A stretch of DNA of 45,167 bases from a virus. Numbering within the stretch: the stretch's first letter is position 1; each line of letters begins with the position of its first letter. Below are positions 17,642-26,453 of the stretch, one piece after another. The stretch lies in the IMG/VR virus record IMGVR_UViG_3300017963_000206; one strand, written 5' to 3'. The notes below the pieces were generated by a model, which saw only the letters and a list, made by a program, of their open reading frames with translations, ran no database searches and had not been told where the DNA came from. Made by a program: the position numbers and the translations under genes.

Positions 17642-19114
17642 ATGAAAATTATTGTAGAAAAAAATCGTTTGCGTCTCAAAGGAGTCACGGATTCCTTGCA
17701 GGAGAAACTCCGTGAAGAACTCTCGTATTTTAAAAAGAATTTTTTCATGGAACCCCGTTACCAGAGCGGCGATTGGGACGGGCGAACAGGATTCATCCGT
17801 GCTGCAAAGAAAAGTTATCTCACCGAAGCTGGTTTTCTCCGGCGCGTAGTTAAAGTTGTAGCTCGGTTCCCTAAGAAGTTTCGCAAACTGAAAATCATAG
17901 ACGATAGAAAAAAGATTAAATATAATAAGAAAGGTTTGCGGAAAGCGCGGAAGCTCGTTGAAGAGAGACCGTTCCAACAGGAAGTGTTAGAAAATTTTAT
18001 CCGGGTCGGTTACGGTCTGGTTCATGTGGGAGTCGGAGGTGGTAAGACTCACGTTATGTCCGGACTCTGTATGACCTATCCGAAAGCAAAAATTTTAATT
18101 CTCGTCCCTACAATTAAACTTCTCCACAAAACCATACGAGTAATTTATGAACACTCCGGAGAGAGGGCGGGACAAATCGGTGACGGGAAGTGGGAGGATG
18201 ATACCCGCATCATCGTTGCAACTTACCGCTCCCTGTTTCCTATCAGACAGAAAAAAGGCGGGAAGCTTATTTGGAAAAAGGAAGCGCGGAAGATTGCCCG
18301 GACAGTTGACCTACTCATGGTTGACGAATGCCATCACGCGATTGCAAATAATCACAAGGCTTTTCTCCGGGAAGTCCGGACGCACTCGCGTATAGGTTTC
18401 TCCGGGACCATCAATCTTAAAAATGAAACACTTCTTTGTGAAGGTCTCTTCGGTCCGGTACTCGCTTCGTACTCTCTGAGTTGGTTAATTAAAATGGGGT
18501 ACTGCGCTGAAGCGAGAATCGCGTGGATTAAATATCCGACTAAGAAAGTTAAGACCGGGAGCTACCGAGAAGACTACGACCATTCGATTGTCTATAACGA
18601 AAACCGTAACACCGTTTTTAATTGGTTCATAAAAAAACTTGTGAGACGCGACCACTTAATTCTCGGTCTCGTAAGATATCTCGACCACGGGGAACATCTC
18701 GAAGAATACTTTAATGAGGAAGGGACCGAAGCTCATTTCATCCACGGCAAGATGAAGAGTTCTTATATAGATGAGATGGCAGATAAATTAAATGACGGTG
18801 AGATTCCTTTCCTTATCAGCACTCCGATTTTCGATGAGGGTGTTGACATCCCTTATGTAACTACTCTGTTACTCGCGGTAGGTGAACAGAAAGAGGAGAG
18901 GCTTGAGCAAAGACTTGGACGTGTACTCCGTGCTATCGGACCGAAAACTCACGCACTCATTATAGATGGCTACGATGGGGGAAGTGCCACTACTGCAAAA
19001 CACTCACGGAATAGATTGAAGTTTTATAAAAAGATGGGGTTTGAAATCCGGGAGTATAATTTTAAGAAAAAGAATAAAGTATCGTTCCCTCCTAAAATCA
19101 AGACCATTTCATAA
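17642..19114 (+). CDS. SF2 DNA helicase (UvsW/Res-like)
   Basis: GVGGGKT, DECHH, GFSGT, FDEGVDIP, QRLGRVLR. Confidence 0.92.
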   Translation: MKIIVEKNRLRLKGVTDSLQEKLREELSYFKKNFFMEPRYQSGDWDGRTGFIRAAKKSYLTEAGFLRRVVKVVARFPKKFRKLKIIDDRKKIKYNKKGLRKARKLVEERPFQQEVLENFIRVGYGLVHVGVGGGKTHVMSGLCMTYPKAKILILVPTIKLLHKTIRVIYEHSGERAGQIGDGKWEDDTRIIVATYRSLFPIRQKKGGKLIWKKEARKIARTVDLLMVDECHHAIANNHKAFLREVRTHSRIGFSGTINLKNETLLCEGLFGPVLASYSLSWLIKMGYCAEARIAWIKYPTKKVKTGSYREDYDHSIVYNENRNTVFNWFIKKLVRRDHLILGLVRYLDHGEHLEEYFNEEGTEAHFIHGKMKSSYIDEMADKLNDGEIPFLISTPIFDEGVDIPYVTTLLLAVGEQKEERLEQRLGRVLRAIGPKTHALIIDGYDGGSATTAKHSRNRLKFYKKMGFEIREYNFKKKNKVSFPPKIKTIS

Positions 19115-19239
19115 AGTTATAAGACCTAGCAAAAAAATTTATTTTTTTATGAGATTTTGAACCGACACGGGTTATAACTATACAGACACTTATTATCGGT
19201 TTGCTTTACCGTTAACGGACAAAAAGGAGGAATGTTCCA

Positions 19240-20658
19240 ATGGCGAAAGCGAAAAAGAAAGACACGAAAAAGAAGGGTAAGAAAAAGGAAGAGAAGTCTT
19301 CAAAGAAGAAGAAAGGAAAAGGGAAACCCAAAGGCGCGGGTAAGGCCAACATGGACCGCGCTCGTAAGAAGCATCAGGAAGCGAAGTCGAAGTTCGGCGG
19401 GGGAGACCTCCCGTTCATGCAACTTTCTCCCGGTGATAACCGTATCCGCATTCTTCCTCCCCCCGCTGGTAGCGAAGACTTTTTCATGTCCACGGCCTAT
19501 CATTATAATGTAGGTCCGGACGGACAGAGAAGTATCATGTGTCCCGCCGATGCTACCGACCATAAAGTTGCCTGTGCAATCTGCGAGATGGTCGAAGAGA
19601 AGCGGGAAAAAATTAAGAAGCTCACCGCGAAGAACCCGAAGAAGAACGCCGGGAAAATCAAAGCTCTCAAGGAAGAGGTCAAGGACCATCGTAAGAAAGC
19701 GAAGATTTACTTTAACGTACTCGACATGGATAACCCGGAGTCAGGCGTACAGGTTATGTCCACGGGTTTCCAAGTGTGGGACGGTGTGATGTCTTTCATC
19801 GACCCGAAGAAAGGCTACGGCGACATCACAGATATGAAGAAAGGCCGCACTCTTACTATTAATAAGAATGTGCCGAAAATGAAAATCAACACGAAGTACA
19901 CCGTTGTCCCGGACGCGAAACCTTCTGCCATAAAGAAGGCCAAGACTATCATCGACCAGCTTTTCGATTTCTCGGAAATCTTTGCCATCCCGTCTTACGA
20001 ACAATCGCAACTCGCTCTCGAAGGTGAAGAGTGGGACGCTGAAGAAGAAGGCGAAGAACCGGAAGAGGAACTCGAAGACGAAGAACTCGAAGACGATGAA
20101 GACGATGATGAGGACGATGATGATTCCGAAGACGAAGACGATGATGAGGATTCGGAAGACGATGATGAAGACGATGATGATGAGGACTCCGAAGACGAAG
20201 ACGATGATGATGAAGACGATGATGATGAGGATTCGGAGGACGATGAAGACGAAGAGGACGATGAAGACGAAGACGATGATGAAGACGATGAGGACTCCGA
20301 AGACGATGATGATGAAGAGGACGATGATGAAGACTCGGAGGACGATGATGATGAAGACGATGAGGACGAAGACGATGAGGACGATGAGGACGATGATGAA
20401 GAAGACGAAGACGATGAAGACGAAGAAGACGAAGAGGACGATGATGATGAGGAAGACGAATTCCTAGACAAGTCCCCGAAGAAAGGTAAAGGTAAAAAGG
20501 GGAAGGCGAAAGGCAAGTCCAAGTCCAAATCGAAAAAAGAAACGAAGAGCAAAAAGAAGACCGAGACCAAAGGCAAAGCCAAAGGTAAAGGTAAGAAAGA
20601 CACGAAGACTAAGGGAAAAGCGAAAGGTAAGGGTAAAGGGAAAAAGAAGAAAAAATAA
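19240..20658 (+). CDS. single-stranded DNA-binding protein (gp32-like) with a very long acidic tract and Lys-rich ends
   Basis: RIRILPP, H...CP...CAICE, YFNVLD, GRTLTINK, TKYTV core; D/E tract 20041-20460; AAGGAGG SD. Confidence 0.75.
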   Translation: MAKAKKKDTKKKGKKKEEKSSKKKKGKGKPKGAGKANMDRARKKHQEAKSKFGGGDLPFMQLSPGDNRIRILPPPAGSEDFFMSTAYHYNVGPDGQRSIMCPADATDHKVACAICEMVEEKREKIKKLTAKNPKKNAGKIKALKEEVKDHRKKAKIYFNVLDMDNPESGVQVMSTGFQVWDGVMSFIDPKKGYGDITDMKKGRTLTINKNVPKMKINTKYTVVPDAKPSAIKKAKTIIDQLFDFSEIFAIPSYEQSQLALEGEEWDAEEEGEEPEEELEDEELEDDEDDDEDDDDSEDEDDDEDSEDDDEDDDDEDSEDEDDDDEDDDDEDSEDDEDEEDDEDEDDDEDDEDSEDDDDEEDDDEDSEDDDDEDDEDEDDEDDEDDDEEDEDDEDEEDEEDDDDEEDEFLDKSPKKGKGKKGKAKGKSKSKSKKETKSKKKTETKGKAKGKGKKDTKTKGKAKGKGKGKKKKK

Positions 20659-20717
20659 TTTTCCCTCTTGACTCTTGCTTTGCTCTTTGTAAAATACATG
20701 CACAACAAAAAATTTCC

Positions 20718-20845
20718 CCTTGCTTGACTGACCGGGGGTTCCTCAAGTAAGGTAATGCGAAGTCTGCCCTTAATCTAACCCCCCTCTCAGATTAAGGGTC
20801 ACGAGTAGTCGGGGAGTTGTGACCCATCTCCCCGGCTTCTTTTTT
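20718..20845 (+). ncRNA. candidate structured RNA or attenuator (three hairpins, complementary loops, ends in a terminator)
   Basis: stems 20718-27/20743-52, 20767-76/20789-98 and 20807-16/20828-37 followed by a T-run. Confidence 0.5.
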
Positions 20846-20852
20846 ATAATCA

Positions 20853-20926
20853 CGCAGGGTAGAGTAGTCTGGTAACTCACTTGCCTCATAAGCAAGACAT
20901 CGGGGGTTCAAATCCCTCCCCTGCTA
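20853..20926 (+). tRNA. tRNA-Met(CAT) with initiator-like acceptor and D arms
   Basis: full cloverleaf; anticodon arm CTTGC-CTCATAA-GCAAG; T loop TTCAAAT; CCA not encoded. Confidence 0.88.
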
Positions 20927-20948
20927 CTACTAAGCTCTTTCAAAATTT

Positions 20949-21302
20949 GGGGGTGAACTGGTTTCGACTAGGTAACGGAACTTTCAACTCAGCACGGAGT
21001 TGGTCGGATGGCTCCGTTTAAAAATCCGACTATAACCCTTTACATGCCAAACAGCCTGTAAAACTTGCGGCGTAGCCGCACCCGGACCTATTGACTCCGA
21101 TAGATGGACCTCCGGGCAAATATCGGATGGCTCCCGGAAATCACGGGAACGGCGCACACCCGTTTAAAATGTGTTGGCATTCCGGAAAGACGGGACGGAG
21201 CTTGCCCGATGAGCTTAAGCCACAGGCAATCACGGGATAAAGCTGTAAGACCGTTGGGACGGAAGTTAAGCTAGGACCGGGGTTCGATTCCCCGCACCTC
21301 CA
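20949..21302 (+). ncRNA. ssrA: tmRNA; predicted tag (A)AKQPVKLAA at 21046-21075
   Basis: 5' GGGGGTGAACTGGTTTCGAC; 3' T-arm GGTTCGATTCC then CACCTCCA giving the G3.U pair; internal reading frame ends LAA-stop. Confidence 0.93.
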
Positions 21303-21306
21303 CAAT

Positions 21307-21377
21307 TACCCTGTGGTGTAATGGTAACACAGAAGGTTTTGGACCTTCCATTCTAGGTTCGAGTCCTAGCAGGGTAG
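21307..21377 (+). tRNA. tRNA-Gln(TTG)
   Basis: acceptor TACCCTG/CAGGGTA; anticodon arm GAAGG-TTTTGGA-CCTTC; T arm CTAGG-TTCGAGT-CCTAG. Confidence 0.92.
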
Positions 21378-21462
21378 CAAGACGGACATGGAGGTAAGCA
21401 CTTCAGCTTCCCTCTAAAAAAACATAACACCTATTTTCTTTTCAACGAAAGGAGTTTTGGAC

Positions 21463-22014
21463 ATGCCTCCAATATTCGCAGAACCCGTAGGGCAACTTAT
21501 GAGTCAGGTTATGAAGGCTCAAGATATCTGGAACAAGGTAGGACGCGAAGAAGAGATTGAAGCTGACCTTGCCAATCTCGCATTCACCGCTTTGACTACC
21601 GCGCTCCCGCTGCAAAAGGAAGCGGCTGACAGGGAACCCGAAGACTTCGTTAAATACTGTTACGAAAAAGTCGGGATGGAAGAGAGTGAGATACCGGACC
21701 CGGAAGACATTAATAAATCAACGGTGTTCGCTCGTTGCCTCCTGCAAAAAATCTGTCAATTCTTTATGACCGTTCATCAGAGAGCGGCGACTTCCGCACA
21801 ACACGCTTTCACTCTTCCTCCGGAAGTAAAAGAAAAACTGGAAGAGCAACAAGCCGCACTCGATGATATGAGAATCGCGGCGAAAGAAGAATACGATGAA
21901 CGTGCCGCTTCGGGAGACCCGAAGATTGTGAAGATGCCGGGAGCGGCAGAGACCGACCCGCAACAAGCTCCGTCCGAAAAAGAAAAGTCGGAAGCGGAAA
22001 AGCAGGATGAGTAA
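21463..22014 (+). CDS. hypothetical protein
   Basis: AAGGAG SD; long ORF. Confidence 0.75.
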   Translation: MPPIFAEPVGQLMSQVMKAQDIWNKVGREEEIEADLANLAFTALTTALPLQKEAADREPEDFVKYCYEKVGMEESEIPDPEDINKSTVFARCLLQKICQFFMTVHQRAATSAQHAFTLPPEVKEKLEEQQAALDDMRIAAKEEYDERAASGDPKIVKMPGAAETDPQQAPSEKEKSEAEKQDE

Positions 22015-22664
22015 TGGATATCATCCAAGCTAAAATCGAGATTGCTCAAAAGATGTTGAACATCTCGAAGTATAAACAGGCATTCATGCAACTCCCGGAG
22101 GACCAGATACCTCCGGGAGAGTTTGCAAAGATGCAGGAACAGGAACACGATTTAAAAACACACATGGCTTTTTACGCTTCGATGCCTGAACTCTCCCCGA
22201 TAATGATTAGCTGGATGGTTGATATTGTCGGGAAGGATTCGTGCAACGTAGAAAACCTTGCCGCGAAGTTTCCTATCCCTGAAGATGTTCCCGCCGATAA
22301 AACCCAAGTCTCCATCTCCGGTTACTCACCAAACGATGAAAAGATTCACGGTGCGATTACCGAACAATTAAAAACTGAAGGTGGTGTCCTACAAATGGTA
22401 ATCACGACTCTGGAACGGAATAACTTTGTTATCTCGGATTCCGGAGGAGGTTGTTGCGGTTGGCATGTAGGGGTAGCTTGTAACGATGCGGAGGCCGCGA
22501 GACTTTGCGCCATCGTTCACCAGCGTTTCAAAAAAGCTATCAGTGTCGGAGCCATTGCGGTATTCAAAAAGTTTTGGGAGCATCGTTTCCCGGACCTTTA
22601 TAATGACGATGATGCCTTACAGTTTTTACGGGAGCATAAAGATTATGGCAAAGGTGAAGATTAA
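22014..22664 (+). CDS. hypothetical protein
   Basis: TAATG coupling; 216 aa. Confidence 0.75.
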   Translation: MDIIQAKIEIAQKMLNISKYKQAFMQLPEDQIPPGEFAKMQEQEHDLKTHMAFYASMPELSPIMISWMVDIVGKDSCNVENLAAKFPIPEDVPADKTQVSISGYSPNDEKIHGAITEQLKTEGGVLQMVITTLERNNFVISDSGGGCCGWHVGVACNDAEAARLCAIVHQRFKKAISVGAIAVFKKFWEHRFPDLYNDDDALQFLREHKDYGKGED

Positions 22665-22851
22665 AAAAATCGTACTACTTGCTCTGGTCGAATCCACTTG
22701 CCCGTGTTGTAAAGCCGGGAAGATATGTATGGATGATGAGCAGGGAAATATAGTTTGTACGAACTGCGATTTATGTTACGACATGGACACCGAAGAACTC
22801 ACCGGGACTTCCCCGGATATCGCTTGCGGTATTATTCCTAAAAGGAGTTAA
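22645..22851 (+). CDS. small Zn-ribbon protein
   Basis: CPCC...CTNC; GGAG SD. Confidence 0.6.
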   Translation: MAKVKIKKIVLLALVESTCPCCKAGKICMDDEQGNIVCTNCDLCYDMDTEELTGTSPDIACGIIPKRS

Positions 22852-22853
22852 CC

Positions 22854-23348
22854 ATGAAACACTATTGCTTGGGTTTCATCTTCGATGAGGACAATCAAAA
22901 TGTAGTCCTTATTAAGAAGGCTAGACCCGATTGGATGAAAGGGAGTTACAACGGAATCGGCGGCGAACATGCGTATGGGGAAATCCCGGTTGAAGCAATG
23001 CGCCGGAAAGTCCGTGCCGAAGTCGGAGTTATAATCCATCAATGGACCCACGTTTTTAGTCTGCACGGTAAAGGTAAGGACGGGAAACCGTATCAGGTAT
23101 GGGTCTTCAGAACTAATATCGAAAACTTCAAACAAATCCAAACCATGACCGATGAGGAAGTCAAGTCATTTCCCGTGGACGAGATTAATGTCCCGGTTGT
23201 AAATGATATTCGTTGGATGATTCCGCTCATGCTCGAACACCATGAGTGGCCTGTTGATTTCAGAAGGGTTATGGTTCCTGTCAATGCCAAAGAAAAAGAA
23301 AAAGAAGAAGAGCAAAAAGCGGAAAATCCGGCTAAGAAAAATTCATAA
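22854..23348 (+). CDS. Nudix-fold protein with a degenerate Nudix box
   Basis: VVLIKKARP...NGIGGxxxxGExPxEAMRRKVRAEVGV. Confidence 0.8.
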   Translation: MKHYCLGFIFDEDNQNVVLIKKARPDWMKGSYNGIGGEHAYGEIPVEAMRRKVRAEVGVIIHQWTHVFSLHGKGKDGKPYQVWVFRTNIENFKQIQTMTDEEVKSFPVDEINVPVVNDIRWMIPLMLEHHEWPVDFRRVMVPVNAKEKEKEEEQKAENPAKKNS

Positions 23349-23946
23349 ACTCTTTCCGGATGTTACGAGTTGTACCGCTTGCAAACTCCACCGGACCCGT
23401 AATCAAGTTGTGTTCGGGCAGGGAGATGTTTGCGCGAAGATGGTAGTAGTCGGGGAAGCTCCCGGCGAGATGGAAGACTTTAAGGGAAAGGGTTTCGTTG
23501 GTCGGTCCGGGCAAATGCTTCGGAAGGATATGGAGCAAGTCGGAATATCCCCGGACAAAGTTTTCTTTTTGAACATAGTAAAATGCCGACCCCCGAAGAA
23601 CCGCGACCCGAATCCAAAAGAAATAAAGACGTGCCTCCCGTGGTTGCAAAAGCAACTCGAAATTATTAAACCCAACATCATCGTAACGCTCGGACGTGTT
23701 GCATCTCAAACTTTACTCAACACGAAAATCGGGATTATGAAACTGCGCGGTAAGATGAAGATTCGCGGGACCATGCGAATCTTTCCCATGCCGCATCCAC
23801 GTTGGGTACTCGGAAATAATTACAAACATATCAGAACGGATTACAGAGAGGAGCTTGCCAACGCTCTCAAGTTATCGAAGGAGAAACCCGATGGCGAAAA
23901 AATCTCGTGGTGGACGTACCTCAAAAGGCAGTACGAAGAAAACTAA
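23284..23946 (+). CDS. uracil-DNA glycosylase family 4 (Fe-S); start uncertain
   Basis: CTACKL, VFGQG, VGEAPG, FVGRSG, NIVKCRPPKNRDP, HP. Confidence 0.92.
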   Translation: MPKKKKKKKSKKRKIRLRKIHKLFPDVTSCTACKLHRTRNQVVFGQGDVCAKMVVVGEAPGEMEDFKGKGFVGRSGQMLRKDMEQVGISPDKVFFLNIVKCRPPKNRDPNPKEIKTCLPWLQKQLEIIKPNIIVTLGRVASQTLLNTKIGIMKLRGKMKIRGTMRIFPMPHPRWVLGNNYKHIRTDYREELANALKLSKEKPDGEKISWWTYLKRQYEEN

Positions 23947-25036
23947 AAAGAAACTCAACGTGAAGGATAAAGATAAACTCCTCACGAATGCCATAACCGG
24001 ATTTAAAAAAACATTCGGTGATGAGGCCGTTGAGTACGTTTTCAAATCTCCCCCGCCGATGTTTATTCCCTGCACGAATCTCGCAATCAACTTCGCGGTC
24101 TCCGGGGGAAGAGGATTCCCAACCGGACGCATACTTGAGTTTCTCGGAGGAAGCTCAAGCGGAAAATCTCTTTTGCTTTACGACCTGATTGCACAAGTAC
24201 AGGCGAGAGGTGGATACGCTTTCCTTGCAGACAATGAAAAAGCACTCGACCCACTTTGGGCGAGAAAAAACGGCATCTCTGATAAACGTCTTCTTAACTT
24301 TGAACCCGTTACCATCGAAGAGTTTTTTGCAATGGCATTCGGTCAGGGTAAAGGTCAGAAACGTCAGAAGGGTCTGGTTGAACGCATCCGTGCAAAAGAC
24401 CCGGACAGTCCTATCCTTGTCGGTTGTGATTCCGTTGCCGCACTCACAACTCAAGCTGAACTGGATGCGGAGTTCGGGAAAGCGGATATGGGAGGAGCGG
24501 CAAGGAAACTTTCTCAGGCATTCAGAAAAATCGTGAAGCAATGCGAAGAGATGAACGTGATGCTCGTGATGTTAAATCAGACCCGCGAAAAAATCGGTGT
24601 GATGTACGGCAACCCGGAAACTTCTCCGGGCGGTAAGGCACTCCGATTCTATTCCACGATTACCCTGCACTTCGCAAATCCGAAACGTCTGATGAACACG
24701 AAGGGCAAACTGAATCTCGCTGTCGGAGTCAAGCCTACGATACGGGTTGATAAAAATAGAATTGCTCGACCCTTCATGGAAACGAAAGTCAACATCCTTT
24801 TCGATAGCGGTCTCACAAAATACTCCGGGCTTCTCGCAACGCTCGTGGAGTCCGGTATTGTTACCAGAGACAAAGGAGCAAAAGTTTATCGTTGGGGTAA
24901 GTATAAATTTCCCCGTAAAAAATTCAGGAAGTTCATGGACAAACATCCTGAGATTCTTGAGGCCGCACCTCCGGAACTTCTCGAAGGTGATGAGCTTTAC
25001 GATGAACTCTTCCCGGAAACGGACGTGAAAAAATAA
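23891..25036 (+). CDS. recA: RecA/UvsX-like recombinase
   Basis: GRILEFLGGSSSGKS, DSVAAL, ARKLSQAFRK, NQTREKIGVMYGNPETSPGGKALRFYS. Confidence 0.95.
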   Translation: MAKKSRGGRTSKGSTKKTKKKLNVKDKDKLLTNAITGFKKTFGDEAVEYVFKSPPPMFIPCTNLAINFAVSGGRGFPTGRILEFLGGSSSGKSLLLYDLIAQVQARGGYAFLADNEKALDPLWARKNGISDKRLLNFEPVTIEEFFAMAFGQGKGQKRQKGLVERIRAKDPDSPILVGCDSVAALTTQAELDAEFGKADMGGAARKLSQAFRKIVKQCEEMNVMLVMLNQTREKIGVMYGNPETSPGGKALRFYSTITLHFANPKRLMNTKGKLNLAVGVKPTIRVDKNRIARPFMETKVNILFDSGLTKYSGLLATLVESGIVTRDKGAKVYRWGKYKFPRKKFRKFMDKHPEILEAAPPELLEGDELYDELFPETDVKK

Positions 25037-25527
25037 TGCCTGAATTCGATACCGAAAATTTTCAAACCCCGGAATGGTGCTGTAAGTATATGGCATCGTT
25101 GGTTCCTAAGAAATGCAAGCGGATTCTTGAACCGACTCCGGGGAAAGGAAATCTGGTTCGCGCATTGGACCGTAAGGGATTCTCGGTTACAGCACCGGAA
25201 GATTTTTTCCGTTTTGATTTAGACACACCGAAAAAGAAAAAGAAGTTCGATTGCGTGGTAATGAATCCTCCATTCTCTCCAATGCGTACAGGATATCATA
25301 TCCTTTATAAATGTATGGATATGTCGAAACGAATTATTGCTCTGATGCCGTGGTTGGTTTTAATTAATTCGGCAAAACGTACCCGCGATATTTTTGAGTT
25401 CGGATTAATTTCAGTGACACATCTGCCACGAAAAACATTTCCCGGAGCAAGAGTACAGACTTGTATATTGAAAATGAAAAAAGGTTGGACCAAACAAACC
25501 CGACTTAAATATTTGGAGAGGGACTAA
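25036..25527 (+). CDS. small DNA amino-methyltransferase (probably N6-adenine)
   Basis: F-x-TP, ILEPTPGKGNL (SAM binding), VMNPPF. Confidence 0.85.
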   Translation: MPEFDTENFQTPEWCCKYMASLVPKKCKRILEPTPGKGNLVRALDRKGFSVTAPEDFFRFDLDTPKKKKKFDCVVMNPPFSPMRTGYHILYKCMDMSKRIIALMPWLVLINSAKRTRDIFEFGLISVTHLPRKTFPGARVQTCILKMKKGWTKQTRLKYLERD

Positions 25528-26453
25528 TGGCAAAGATACCGCCGACACTTATCTTCGATATGAACAATCTCGCGTTCCGTGTAGGTTGGACCTTCCAAGA
25601 CTTTGAGGATAAGCAGGGGAGACCCACGGGAGTAATTTGGGGTTGTGTGAAAGAGATACTCCGCTACATTAAAAAGTTCAATCCCCAATTCGTTATCTGT
25701 TGTTTCGACCATCCTTCCGGGAGTATCTATCGCAGAAAAGTTTTCCCCGGATATAAAAAACGCGACCCTAGTAATGTCAAGCAAGCGGAGATGCGTGAGA
25801 GGGTCCACGACCAGCTTGAACGTCTTCCAAAAGTATTACGCTTCCTCCCGGTCCGATGCGTACAGCAAAAGGGTGAGGAGGGGGACGACCTCATGGCTCA
25901 CTATGCTACTGCGAAATTCATCAAGGGTCGTAAAATAATTATCACGGGTGACGAAGATATGCTCCAACTCGTGAATAAAAAAGTTAGAGTTTATCTTACA
26001 AATAAAGAAATGGTTATCAGTCCTAAAAATTTCAAAGATATGATTGGATGCGAACCGGAACATTTCGTAGATGTAAAGTGTATGGCAGGGGATTCTTCCG
26101 ATAAGGTTCCCGGCATCAAAGGCATCGGTTGGAAATACGGTTGCTCCATCGTAAACAATTGGGGTAATCTTGAACGTGCGCTTTCCTGTACGGGTTCCGA
26201 AGAGATGGCGGTTGCGGAGAAGAATCGAATCGAGAAGGTCCGTGAGGAATGGTCTATCATACATCGGAACAGAAAGTTAATGGACCTAGCCTCCCGTAAA
26301 GTTAAAATAAAAAAGTCTTCTCTTCAGGTCGGACACTGGAACAAAATAAAATTCCGGAAGTTCTGTTTACGCCGGGGATATAAAAGTATTCTACTGAACA
26401 TGGGGAAATATTATAAGGCGTTGGAACGTCTCGAAAATAGGAGCGGCGGTTAA
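25527..26453 (+). CDS. 5'-3' exonuclease / flap endonuclease
   Basis: IFDMNNL, YKKR, EGDDL, TGDEDMLQL, GDSSDKVPGIKGIG. Confidence 0.93.
   Translation: MAKIPPTLIFDMNNLAFRVGWTFQDFEDKQGRPTGVIWGCVKEILRYIKKFNPQFVICCFDHPSGSIYRRKVFPGYKKRDPSNVKQAEMRERVHDQLERLPKVLRFLPVRCVQQKGEEGDDLMAHYATAKFIKGRKIIITGDEDMLQLVNKKVRVYLTNKEMVISPKNFKDMIGCEPEHFVDVKCMAGDSSDKVPGIKGIGWKYGCSIVNNWGNLERALSCTGSEEMAVAEKNRIEKVREEWSIIHRNRKLMDLASRKVKIKKSSLQVGHWNKIKFRKFCLRRGYKSILLNMGKYYKALERLENRSGG

Noticed and set aside
19995-20708. 237-aa poly-Ser ORF on the minus strand and the Met/Thr/Lys-rich alternative frame 19982..20467
   Set aside because: Shadow frames of the GAY/GAR acidic tract of the SSB gene; no SD support.
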